NCBI GenBank assembly: GCA_963828525.1
Contig: CAWHEP010000008.1
Location: 288,001-352,000, forward strand
Length of the DNA stretch: 64,000 bases
DNA from: an uncultured Verrucomicrobiae bacterium
GTDB taxonomy: Bacteria > Verrucomicrobiota > Verrucomicrobiia > Chthoniobacterales > Chthoniobacteraceae
Direction of reading: 5' to 3'
Shown here: piece after piece, positions 24,866 through 35,155 of the stretch
How the letters are laid out: every line of letters begins with the position of its first letter
Numbering within the stretch: position 1 is the stretch's first letter
Translations under genes and position numbers: made by a program
The notes under the pieces: model-generated
Told to the model about the DNA's origin: nothing
The model's database searches: none
What the model saw: the letters and a program-made list of their open reading frames with translations, nothing else

Positions 24866-25569
24866 GGGTGTGATTAGAAGTGGTGCCAGCAAAGGATCAT
24901 ATTTGTATTATAAATACCATAACTGTACTATTTTGAGGATGTGCGTAGATTGCTGTGTCCATGAACAAACACGGCGTGGAAGAGGCGGGACGGCGCTGGG
25001 GCCATTGCGCGCGCGATGCGGGGTGGGCGTTGGAGAGCCGCATCCACGTGGTGGCCGACGGGGCGGAGTGGATACGCCTGCAAAGCAAGGAGGTCTTTGG
25101 CAATCAAGCCGATTTCCTGGTGGACTTCTATCACGTGAGCGAGTATCTGGCCGGCGCTGCGCAAGCTTGTCGTCCCCAGGCCCCACGCGCCTGGCTGCGC
25201 ACCCAACAGAGACGGCTCAAGCGCGGAGCCAGCGATCTGGTTGTGCAAGCAATGGAGCCTTACGCCGAAGCCTCCAGCGCGCCCGAAGAAGAAGCTCCGG
25301 TTCGAGCGGCGCTGCGCTATCTTTCCAACAGGCTGCAATGTCTTGATTATCCCAAGGCGCTGGCCCAGGAGTTACCCATTGCTCCGGTCTTATCGAGTCC
25401 GCTCACAGGCATGTTCTTCAAGCCCGCTTTAAACAAGCCGGAAGCGCCTGGCTGGCTCCTCACGCAGACGCCAAGGCGCAACTTCGCGTGCTGCGTGTCA
25501 ACGGAGCCTGGAACTCCTTCTGGCCTCTCCGCAAGGCCGCCTGCCGTGGCACCACTTTCAATCACACCC
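24866..25569 (+). mobile_element. 704-bp internally deleted IS, ISLre2/ISKra4-like (IS256/Mutator-related)
   Basis: Terminal inverted repeats GGGTGTGATTAGAAGTGGTGCCA (24866-24888) and TGGCACCACTTTCAATCACACCC (25547-25569); 9-bp duplication TGTTGGGCG at 24857-24865 and 25570-25578. Confidence 0.92.
24955..25545 (+). pseudogene. transposase C-terminal fragment
   Basis: VVADGAEWI, LVDFYHVSEYL, YLSNR..LDY..LPI, then (after a frameshift) [19 protein letters not shown]; the N-terminal half is absent. Confidence 0.85.
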
Positions 25570-25637
25570 TGTTGGGCGACCCTGTTCTGAAACTGTTTGC
25601 GCTCTCCTTCCATCGGACGTTAATTACCGGTTCGAAC

Positions 25638-27051
25638 ATGGGAAAAACACTCTTCCAGAAGGTTTGGGATGCTCACGCCGTGCGTGAGTTGCCCAACGGC
25701 CAGACGCAACTCCTCATCGGCACGCACCTCATTCACGAGGTGACGAGCCCCCAGGCTTTCGCCATGATTCGGGATCTGGGGCTCTCGGTTCCCTATCCCC
25801 ATCGCACCTTCGCCACGGTCGATCACATCGTTCCCACCGATCAACGCGCGGAGCCGTTTGCCGATCCGCTTGCGGACGCGATGATCAAGGAATTGCGCAG
25901 GAACTGCGACGAGTTTGGCATCACTTATTTCGATATCCCGTCTGGCAAGCAGGGCATCGTGCATGTCGTTGGACCAGAGCAGGGAATCACGCAGCCCGGC
26001 ACGACGATCGCTTGCGGCGATTCCCATACTTCCACCCACGGCGCGTTTGGAGCCATCGCGTTTGGCATTGGCACCAGCCAGGTGCGCGACGTGCTCGCCA
26101 CGCAAACCATGGCGATTGGCAAGCTTAAGGTTCGCCGCATCAACGTGAACGGACAGCTTCCCGCGGGCACTTACGCAAAAGATGTGATTCTCCACATCAT
26201 CCGCATGCTGGGGGTGAACGGCGGGACAGGATTTGCCTACGAATACGGCGGGGCTGTGTTTGATGGCTTCACCATGGAAGAGCGGATGACCGTCTGCAAT
26301 ATGTCCATCGAGGGCGGGGCGCGCGTAGGCTATGTGAATCCCGACGAGACGACGGTCGAGTATTTGCGCGGGCCGTCCTTATTGCCCGGCAGGCGCGGAG
26401 TGGGACTTGCCGCCGTCGCTCGCTGGAAGTCGTTCGCTTCTGACCCGGATTGCCAGTGACGATGACGTCATCGAATTCGATGCCGACCAAAATCGAGCCG
26501 ACCGTCACGTGGGGCATAAACCCCGGCCAGGCGGTCTCAATCTCCGAACGCCTTCCGACCCCGGAGTCCACGGAGGATGACGAACAGGGCTCGCTGCAGG
26601 AGGCGCTGGAACATATGCATTTTGCCGCAGGCCAGCCGATAAAGGGAACGCCCATCCAGGTGGCATTCCTTGGGAGTTGCACCAATGGCCGTCTTTCCGA
26701 TTTCAAGGAAGTCGCCCGCCATATCAGAAGGGCGGCATGTGGCTCCGGGCGTTAAGGCGATCGCCGTGCCGGGTTCCCAAGATTGTCGGCGCCATCTGCA
26801 AGGAACTCGGCATCGACCGGATCTTCAGCGACGCGGGCTTCGAATGGAGAGACGCGGGCTGCTCCATGTGCCTCGCGATGAATCCAGACAAACTCATCGG
26901 CGATCAACTCTGCGCCAGCTCAAGCAACCGGAACTTCAAAGGCCGGCAAGGCAGTCCCACCGGCCGCACTGTTCTCATGAGTCCCGTTATGGTCGCCGCG
27001 GCTGCCATCACCGGCGAAATCACCGATGCCCGGGAGTTATTCGCCAATTAG
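25638..27051 (+). CDS. leuC: 3-isopropylmalate dehydratase large subunit (several indels between 26380 and 26790)
   Basis: [52 protein letters not shown], across three frames. Confidence 0.95.
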
Positions 27052-27067
27052 GCGACCAAGAATACCG

Positions 27068-27676
27068 ATGGCTCTGACTAAAATTTCGCAAGTCAAAGGC
27101 GCCTGTGTCGTCATCCCGGGAGATGACGTCGATACGGACCGCATCATTCCCGCGCGTTTCATGAAATGCGTCACGTTCGACGGCCTGGGTGAATACCTCT
27201 TCTACGATGTCCGTTTCGACGAACAAGGTAATCGCAAGGAGCATCCGCTGAATGACTCCAGGTCAGCCGGAGCGACCATCCTGATAGCCGGACGAAATTT
27301 CGGATGTGGCAGCTCTCGCGAGCACGCTCCGCAGGCGATCTACCGCTATGGTTTTCGGGCCGTCCTGGCAGAAAGCTTTGCCGAAATCTTTTTTGGCAAC
27401 TCCACCACTCTGGGCATTCCGTGCGTCAGCGCCTCGCGGGACGATTTGGCCGTAATCAGGACATTGGTCGAAAAAAACCCCGAGGCTTTGATGACCATCG
27501 ATCTCGCTACCAACACCATACGAATCGAGGGATCTGTCTTCCGAGCCACGATCCGGGAGAGCGCTTCGAACGCGCTTTTAAATGGACGCTGGGATGCCAT
27601 CGCCGAACTGCTGGAAGATCCCGAGCTTGTTTCACGCCGCGCGGCGCAACTGCCTTACATGGCAAGTCGCGCCTAG
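27068..27676 (+). CDS. leuD: 3-isopropylmalate dehydratase small subunit
   Basis: DTDRIIPARF, NFGCGSSREHAP, SFAEIFFGN. Confidence 0.97.
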   Translation: MALTKISQVKGACVVIPGDDVDTDRIIPARFMKCVTFDGLGEYLFYDVRFDEQGNRKEHPLNDSRSAGATILIAGRNFGCGSSREHAPQAIYRYGFRAVLAESFAEIFFGNSTTLGIPCVSASRDDLAVIRTLVEKNPEALMTIDLATNTIRIEGSVFRATIRESASNALLNGRWDAIAELLEDPELVSRRAAQLPYMASRA

Positions 27677-27778
27677 TTGCTCGCCCCGGCCACGAGTCAA
27701 GACTAATCAAGGTTTGCCTACAACGATAGCAGGCAAAGCATTATAAAGTGTGTATCGCTCCGCTTGACGGGCAGTGCA

Positions 27779-28501
27779 ATGATTGCTGGCGTGTTGAAGA
27801 ACACGCCACACTCTTCGCCCGAACTCAGGATTCCGCTCAAGCGCGTTTTCTGCCTGGATGATCATCCTGTCGTCAGGGATCATCTCAAGCTGCTCATTGA
27901 AGAGGACCCGCTGTTGACGTGCTGCGGCGAAGCAGGAAACTCCACCGACGCTTTGAGGCTCATCGGCGAACTGGCACCTGATATCATCATTTCCGATGTG
28001 TCGCTGGGCAACGGGCGCGACGGACTGGACTTTGTGAAGGACGTCACCATCCGCTTCCCGAAACTGCCGGTTCTTGTGCTGTCTATGCATGATGAGTCGC
28101 TGTACGCGGAGCGCCTTCTGCGCGCTGGCGCGCGGGGCTACATTTGCAAAACTGAGTCAACGCGAGCCATCTTGTCCGCCATTCATCAGGTGCTCGATGG
28201 CGGCATCCGCGTGAGTTCCGGGATGTCGGCCACCATGGTGCATCGCTTCCTCAGCGGAGCATTAAAAGGCCTTGGCTCGCCCATCGATAAGCTTAGCGAC
28301 AGGGAACTCGAAATCTTTAGCCAGATCGGCAGAGGGCGATCCAGCCGTCAAATCGCCACCGACCTTCGCCTCGACCCCAAAACGATTGAAACGTATCGAT
28401 CTCGCATCAAGGCGAAGCTAAACCTGCGCCACGCGACGGAGCTTCATCAACACGCGATGCAGTGGTTGCAGAGCGGGAACTTCCCTACCGCCAAAACGTG
28501 A
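27779..28501 (+). CDS. NarL/LuxR-family response regulator
   Basis: REC domain plus LSDRELEIF..TIETYRSRIKAKL. Confidence 0.93.
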   Translation: MIAGVLKNTPHSSPELRIPLKRVFCLDDHPVVRDHLKLLIEEDPLLTCCGEAGNSTDALRLIGELAPDIIISDVSLGNGRDGLDFVKDVTIRFPKLPVLVLSMHDESLYAERLLRAGARGYICKTESTRAILSAIHQVLDGGIRVSSGMSATMVHRFLSGALKGLGSPIDKLSDRELEIFSQIGRGRSSRQIATDLRLDPKTIETYRSRIKAKLNLRHATELHQHAMQWLQSGNFPTAKT

Positions 28502-28684
28502 TTCCCCTACAAATCTTGCCGGTTCCCGCTGCGGGTTCCGTTTGATAAACCTCCTCTGCGGGCGTTCTTCAGCTTGAACAATGCATGCAGTGGTTTCGAC
28601 CTGCCCCCAGTGGTTTGACGAGGCTGGCATAACCTCCGGAAGGCGGAATCGGAGGGTGGATGGGGGCAGGTCGAAAGCGGCACC

Positions 28685-30448
28685 TTAAAGGTTCGGCAGG
28701 AAAACCTCGACCCGGTGGCCGCCGACCGCCGGGCGCGAAATCTCCAGCCGCGCGTTGATCGCGGACGCTCTGAATTGCATGATACGCATTCCCATGCCCG
28801 GAACAGGGGAGGCTTCGATTCCGACGCCGTCATCTTCCACCGCTAATCGGACCGCTCCGTCAGTCGCTTCCAGCGCGACGCTCACCCGCCTGGGCCGGGC
28901 ATGTCGAATCGCGTTGCTGATTGCCTCCTGGGCAATCCTGTAAAGATGTGTTGCCACCACATTATCCCGAATCAGCACGGAATCGTTCCCTGTAAAAACA
29001 CATTCGGTCCGCGACACGGCCGCGGTTGATTCAGCAAGGTTCTTTAACGCCCAGACAAGCCCTTCTTCTTCAAGCATCACAGGGAAGAGGCTCTTCGCGA
29101 GATTCTTCCCCTGCGCGATTGCGCTGGCTATCGGCGCGAGAGCGCGGGCCGCCCGTGACGCGAGTGGGTGTGATTCTTCGCCAAGATTCTCCACCACGGA
29201 CGAAAGACTCAAGTGGGCGCCAATGAGTTCCTGGCAAATGCTGTCGTGCAAATCGTGCCCGATCCGCTGCTGCTCCCTTTCGCTGATGGTAAGAATCTCG
29301 CGCTCGAGCCGCTTCTTCTCCGTTATATCCCGAACGATAGCCCACGCGCCGGTATAGCGACCGGTTCGGACGTCTCGCGCGCCGAAAAGGGTAAGACACA
29401 CCTCCAGCCGGTGTCCTGCTTTTGTCATTCGAACCGTCTCCAGGGATTGTATGCGCTCGCCATCACGGATCTTATCGCGCAGTTCGCCCATTTCCCTGAA
29501 CTTTTCGGGCGGCATCAACAGGGAAATATGCCGGCCCACAATCTCCTTGCAGGAATACCCGAACATCTTCTCCGCAGCCTGGTTCCATATAACCACCTCA
29601 CTTTCAAGGTTGCTTCCGATCATTGCGTCGTCAGAGGATTCCACGATCGACGCGAGATGATAAATCTCCTCCTCCGCCCTCTTTCGTTCTGTGATCTCGC
29701 GTTCGTTGACAACCACTGCTTTCACACATGGATTCTCCAGAGCGTTGTGGCCGGTGGTGTCCATCCATATGTAGTGCCCCTCTTTATGGCGGGAACGATA
29801 TTCCACGTGAAATGCCTGACCCGGCTGCTTCAGGATTTTTTGGAATGTATTTGCCACCAGATCAACATCCTCTGGATGCACACAGTCGAACGCGTTCCTC
29901 CCGATGGTCTCTTCAGGCGTATATCCGTAAATCCGGGTCGATGAGGGACTCGCGTAGATGATCACGCCCGAAGCATCGAGCAGCGCGATCCGATCTCTTG
30001 AATTCTCGGTGAGCGCGCGGAAGCGGCTCTCGCTATCCTGCAATATCTGCTCAGCCAGCTTCCCCTGGGTGACATCGCTCAGCAGGCCCAACCGGGCCGG
30101 CAGCCCTTCGTACAGAGTGGGCACGCTAAACACCTCCACGATCAACTCGGAGCCGTCTGCCCTTCGACCGTTTACTTCATAGTGTTCCGCAAAGACAGAT
30201 TCCACCATTTCGGTCGCCAGCTTCTCGGAACTTTCCGCGACGAAGTCGATGATGCATCGCCCCACAACCTGATCCTGCGGAATTCCAAACATCCGCTCAA
30301 ACGCGGAGTTCACCGTAAGCACAATGCTGTTTCTATGCACTACAATGGCGTTCGGGATCGCCTGAAGAAGATCAACGAAACTTCCCTTGATGTCCCGGGA
30401 CGCGCCCACGCGCGCAGATGCTCCGGAACCCTTTGTCTCTTCCGCCAC
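28685..30448 (-). CDS. cytoplasmic triple-PAS sensor histidine kinase (HisKA_3)
   Basis: Three PAS/PAC units (DVTQ, EITERK, DITEKK); IGHDLHD, QEAISNAIRH, DDGVG. Confidence 0.93.
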   Translation of the reverse strand: MAEETKGSGASARVGASRDIKGSFVDLLQAIPNAIVVHRNSIVLTVNSAFERMFGIPQDQVVGRCIIDFVAESSEKLATEMVESVFAEHYEVNGRRADGSELIVEVFSVPTLYEGLPARLGLLSDVTQGKLAEQILQDSESRFRALTENSRDRIALLDASGVIIYASPSSTRIYGYTPEETIGRNAFDCVHPEDVDLVANTFQKILKQPGQAFHVEYRSRHKEGHYIWMDTTGHNALENPCVKAVVVNEREITERKRAEEEIYHLASIVESSDDAMIGSNLESEVVIWNQAAEKMFGYSCKEIVGRHISLLMPPEKFREMGELRDKIRDGERIQSLETVRMTKAGHRLEVCLTLFGARDVRTGRYTGAWAIVRDITEKKRLEREILTISEREQQRIGHDLHDSICQELIGAHLSLSSVVENLGEESHPLASRAARALAPIASAIAQGKNLAKSLFPVMLEEEGLVWALKNLAESTAAVSRTECVFTGNDSVLIRDNVVATHLYRIAQEAISNAIRHARPRRVSVALEATDGAVRLAVEDDGVGIEASPVPGMGMRIMQFRASAINARLEISRPAVGGHRVEVFLPNL

Positions 30449-30598
30449 GCCGCGGATTCTGCCTTGGCTAAATCAAAGCCGCCAGATGAATCGCTTTTAT
30501 GCTGGGCCGCAATGCTCAACCCGCATAGCTTTAAAGCAGCGGGCAATGGCCGGGTTGCCGCGTTCAACCAACTCTGTTAAAGCCCAACGGACACCGCG

Positions 30599-32431
30599 AT
30601 GCCACGGGAACTTCACTCACGCTGGGAATGGCGGCTCCGCTCGAGTCCCGATGAATTATGGCCGCTGGTCACCAATACAAACCGGTTTGACTATGACGCG
30701 GGAATGCCCGCCGTCGAGCAGAGCTGGGAGCGCGCGCAGACTGGCGGAGAGCGTATACGCGCTGTCAGGAGCATGTTGGGTGGCATGCCTGTGGAATGGG
30801 AGGAGAAGCCCTTTGAATGGGTGCGGCCTCGTGTGTTCGGAGTCGAGCGCCTCTTTCGCAAGGGGCCGCTGCGCAAGCTGAGGGTTCTTGTCGAACTCAC
30901 ACCCATCCCCACAGGAGGGACCGTCGTCATCTATCAATCCTGGCTATCCCCATCCAGCGTCTTTTTCTCTCTCGTGCTCTCCCTGCAACTGAGGTTCTCC
31001 ATGCCAGGCAAGTTTGCCGCGATCTTCCGAAGGTACGATGAACTGGCCGGCAGCGGACTGCCCATAGTCACCTTTCCCCACTCAGTGGCACTCGCGCCGG
31101 GAGCGCGGAAGCGCATAGAGGCGGCACGCGCCGCCCTCCAAGAAGCAGGAGGTGATATAGCCGACAAACTCATCCACCTCATTGAGACCGCGGACGATAT
31201 GACGTTGTCGCGTTTGCGCCCCTACGCGCTCGCGGATGGCTGGCACTCTCCGCGCAACAACGCTCTCGAACTTTTGTTGAAGGCGACCCGGGCGGGTTTG
31301 CTGAACCTGCAATGGGATCTTCTTTGCCCCTTCTGCCGAGGCGCGCCGCGCAGCGCGGAGACTCTGGCAACAGTCGGCAAGCAGGTGCATTGCGACGGGT
31401 GCAACATCGATTTCGAGGTGAATTTCGAGCGCTCTGTCGAACTTACTTTCAAGCCCAACCCCGCCGTGCGGGAAGTCGTCACGCGCGAATACTGCACGGG
31501 TGGCCCAGGTGTGACTCCCCACATCGTGGCGCAACAGGTTCTGGCTCCGCGGTCTGCGCGCGATCTGACTCTTCCGCTTGAGCCGGGGCGGTACAGGATG
31601 CGGGCGGGGGACTTCCCCGGGGGCCGCTACTTCACCGCCGTTGAAGGGGGCGGAGCCGCAGACTCTTTCCATGTGTCAGCGGAGGGATGGCCACTCGACG
31701 AGCCGCTTGTGTCGCTGAAGCCTGCGCTCCGCGTGATCAATGAAACTGACAGTGAGCAAGTCATCATAATCGAACGGACAGCATGGGGTGATCAGGCCGT
31801 CACAGCGGCGGAAGTCACCGCGTTGCAGGTATTTCGCGACCTTTTCTCCGCCGAAGCCTTGCGCCCGGGCGAGCAGATTTCCGTCGGGAGCCTTGCGGTG
31901 CTCTTCACTGACCTGCGTGATTCAACCGCTCTTTACCGCGAGATTGGCGATGCCCCGGCGTTCGGCCGCGTGATGGCTCATTTCGACGTGCTGCACGACG
32001 CCGTCGCTGAGCATGGCGGCGCGGTGGTAAAGACGATCGGGGACGCCGTCATGGCAGTCTTCCGCCGCCCGGTCGGGGCTCTCAACGCCATTCTGCAAGC
32101 GCAACGCGAGTTCAGCCACGAGACGCAAGACGGACGGCCCCTGCGCCTGAAAGCAGGGATTCATTTTGGCCGCTGCATTGCCGTAACCCTCAACGAACGG
32201 CTCGATTATTTCGGTTCCACAGTGAATTTCGCCGCCCGAATCCAGCGACTCTCTTCCGGCGGGGATGTCATCCTTTCTGGAGCCGTGTTCGACGATCACG
32301 AAGTCGCTGAGATGCTTGCGCTGAGAAGCCGGGAAGTGAATACCGAGTCCTTCGGCGCGGTGATCCGGGGATTCGACAATGAGAATTTCCTGCTTACGCG
32401 AGTAGCGTTGCGAGAAAGACACAACCCCTGA
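30599..32431 (+). CDS. class III adenylate/guanylate cyclase with N-terminal SRPBCC-like and Zn-ribbon (DUF5939-like) domains
   Basis: CPFC..CDGC; LFTDLRDST, VKTIGDAVMA, DYFGSTVNFAAR. Confidence 0.88.
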   Translation: MPRELHSRWEWRLRSSPDELWPLVTNTNRFDYDAGMPAVEQSWERAQTGGERIRAVRSMLGGMPVEWEEKPFEWVRPRVFGVERLFRKGPLRKLRVLVELTPIPTGGTVVIYQSWLSPSSVFFSLVLSLQLRFSMPGKFAAIFRRYDELAGSGLPIVTFPHSVALAPGARKRIEAARAALQEAGGDIADKLIHLIETADDMTLSRLRPYALADGWHSPRNNALELLLKATRAGLLNLQWDLLCPFCRGAPRSAETLATVGKQVHCDGCNIDFEVNFERSVELTFKPNPAVREVVTREYCTGGPGVTPHIVAQQVLAPRSARDLTLPLEPGRYRMRAGDFPGGRYFTAVEGGGAADSFHVSAEGWPLDEPLVSLKPALRVINETDSEQVIIIERTAWGDQAVTAAEVTALQVFRDLFSAEALRPGEQISVGSLAVLFTDLRDSTALYREIGDAPAFGRVMAHFDVLHDAVAEHGGAVVKTIGDAVMAVFRRPVGALNAILQAQREFSHETQDGRPLRLKAGIHFGRCIAVTLNERLDYFGSTVNFAARIQRLSSGGDVILSGAVFDDHEVAEMLALRSREVNTESFGAVIRGFDNENFLLTRVALRERHNP

Positions 32432-32491
32432 ATCAAGAGCGCCTCACATTTTGCGCTGTGAGCACGGAAAAGGTTTGTTACAGTCGCCAAA

Positions 32492-33229
32492 ATGACCGAC
32501 CGCTTTTCCACTGAACTCATCCAGAATCTGGAGAACGCAGGAAGGCTCGGTCTCACGAAGGCCAGGTTGATTATGGGAAAGGGACGCGCGGCGAAAGCCG
32601 CCGCTTTGCAGAGGCTGCTCGGAGCGTCTCAAGTGGCGAATCTCGGCACGGACAAAAAGCCCGTTTTCGTCCTGCGTGAATTTTATAAGCCCGCCGAAAT
32701 CGCCCGCGAAGCCGTGGAGGCGAAAGCGACTGCCGGCGTCCCGCGCCTTTTCTCCAAAAGAGAGATCTCAAAAGGATGCGCGGGCGCGGTGCTGGGTTGC
32801 GTGGATGAGGCTCTGTCCGCGCTTGTCGCGGAGAGAAGATTGATCCGCCTCCAGCGCGGCAAATCGATCTACTTTCTGCATTCAGCTTCCATCGAACCAC
32901 CCGCGCGTTTAGCCGCTCCCTTGGCCGCGCAGCGCGGAGGCATTCCCAACGGGGCTGAGGAAGACGCATTGCCTGAGGAACAGGTGCGGCAAGCTTACTC
33001 CGCGATCGCGCGGGAGACGGGCTTCTCCGACGTCCTCATCTCAGACTTGCAGAAACGTTCGGGTGTTTTGCTGGACTGCCTTAAACCATGGCTCATCGAG
33101 CAGAGCCGCGCCGGCGGGGTGTTGCCAACGCGCGGAGACTGGTCGCTCGCGGATTCCGAAGCCCGCGCGGCTTCTCTCACGATTAACTCCGAGCCCCATC
33201 TTCGGGTGCGCATTCGCGGCGCGGCATGA
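32492..33229 (+). CDS. hypothetical protein with probable winged-helix-like domains
   Basis: 245-aa ORF with ATGA overlap to the downstream ATPase; short helix-helix-strand units. Confidence 0.65.
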   Translation: MTDRFSTELIQNLENAGRLGLTKARLIMGKGRAAKAAALQRLLGASQVANLGTDKKPVFVLREFYKPAEIAREAVEAKATAGVPRLFSKREISKGCAGAVLGCVDEALSALVAERRLIRLQRGKSIYFLHSASIEPPARLAAPLAAQRGGIPNGAEEDALPEEQVRQAYSAIARETGFSDVLISDLQKRSGVLLDCLKPWLIEQSRAGGVLPTRGDWSLADSEARAASLTINSEPHLRVRIRGAA

Positions 33230-35140
33230 ACCAGAATCCGTTCGAGGATAACGTGGTGTTCGAGCCGCGGGAGGCGAGCCGCTCGGTGCCCGGACTCAAC
33301 GATCAACCTCTGGCGGCGATCATACGGCAGTTTGAGCGGCTGGAGGCGGAGCCTTACCCGAGGCGGTACCCGGTGAATCTGAAAGCCCAGCTTGTCACCT
33401 CGCCTGAACCCGGTTACGGCAAGTCGCACCTGATCGGCCGCCTCTTCCGGGCGCTCAAGGGGCGCTGCGACCCAAATTTATCTCAGGCCGTTCCAGGACC
33501 CCGGTTCGTCGTGGACTTCCATCCTGCTGAAAGTGGCGCAGGAATTGGCGCGTCCGGATGACCCAATGATCAGCGTCCGGCGATCTGTAAGGCCAACGCA
33601 ACTCGATGCTTTTGCGTGCGGGGTTGTAGGCAGGCTCCTCGCCGATCTCATCGAAAAGGAGGTGGTTGGGGGTGACTACGCCAGGGAACTCGCGGTGGAA
33701 TTGCGCAACGATCCACTCGTAGCGTTCGGGAATGGAGCGCCGGATCACTTCCTCTTTCCCTGGATGCGCGAGCAGTTTCCCCGATTTCTCCCTCTGTTCG
33801 TTGACCAGTTGCGGGCGTCAGACATTTTCCTCAGCGCCTCACCCTCCGTCTGGATAAAGGTGCTGCATAACTATTGCTTCGGCGACGGCGGCGGAGCGCA
33901 GCGCGACGCCTGCGTCGAGTGGCTGAAGGGCGGCGGGCTCTCCCCCCATGAAGCCGAACTGGCCGGGATCGACGAGCGGGAACTGCAACCGCCGGGCGAC
34001 ACAGTAGCCAGGCGTAACGCGGACGCTTTTGCCCGCCTTCAGGATTTGCTGGCGCTGGCTGGGTTCTTCCGCCCGTTCCTGTTTTGTTTCGACCAGATTG
34101 AACTCTTCACGGGCAACCCCGATCTGGTTTCCGAATTTGGCTCGGTGGTGGATGAACTGGTGACTTTCGGGTTAAATCACCTGCTCGTAGTAACCGCGAA
34201 TGTTGAGCCGTGGACAGGCGTCATTCTCAAGAACTTCCAGCGAGCGTATCAGGATCGGTTCAGCGAACCCGTCGAGTTGGAAGGGATACAGCAGCCGCAA
34301 GCCAGCCTCCTTGCCCGGCAACGGATGGGAAGCAGCGGATTTCCCGAAATGGATGTAAACAGGTTCTGCGATGAGCGGTGGATGGCGGAGATTTTCGAGG
34401 CAAAGAAAGCCGACAGCGTCCGCTCGTTCCTCAGGAACTGCGGTCGCCGATACACGAGTCTGTTCGGCTCCCGCCATGCGAGCCTGCCCGAACGGACGCT
34501 GGAAGAAGCGTACCGGGAATGCGAACACGAGGCGCGCGAGCGTCCCGGCCGGCTCGACTTCGACCCCAATATCCTGATGTGGAGCGTAGGCCACGCCGCT
34601 GTGGAGAACGCTCTGCCCGGCGTCCACGTAAGATTGAAAGATCGCCGCCAGGCTTATCCCATCTGCTGGCGAACGTCCTCCAGTTCCATTGTCATGGGTT
34701 TCGAGGACTCGTCGCACGCGCTGCGCTGGGAAGCCATCCTGGCGGAGGCGGATCGCCAGGTGCGGCAGGGCGAAAAGGAACAGATTGCGTTGCGGGTCGT
34801 CTTTCTGCGCACTCCGGAACAACCCGAGATCCCAGGGCCGGGCTGGAAGATCATCGGGCCGGAGTTCGAGGCCGCTCGCGATTACTTCTCAGTGCATGTG
34901 ATCGGCCATGAAGACCTCGTCTCCATCTGCGCCAGCTATGAACTCTACGCGCGTGTCATGGAGGGCAACGCGCCCTTCAGCCGCGAGGCGATGCTCGCCT
35001 TCGTTCGGACAAAGCTCAAGCCATGGTGGCAGCGCCTGCTGAAGGACCCCGCCGCCATACCTGTCATGCCGCCGTCCCTCAATGGCAGCCCGGTTGAGAC
35101 GAGCCGCGCCCCCGTCATGGCATCTCCCTCCCCGGCTTGA
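33226..35140 (+). CDS. uncharacterised P-loop ATPase (frameshift near 33470)
   Basis: Walker A PEPGYGKSH and Walker B FLFCFDQIE in consecutive overlapping ORFs. Confidence 0.75.
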
Positions 35141-35155
35141 GCGGGTTGCACTGAG

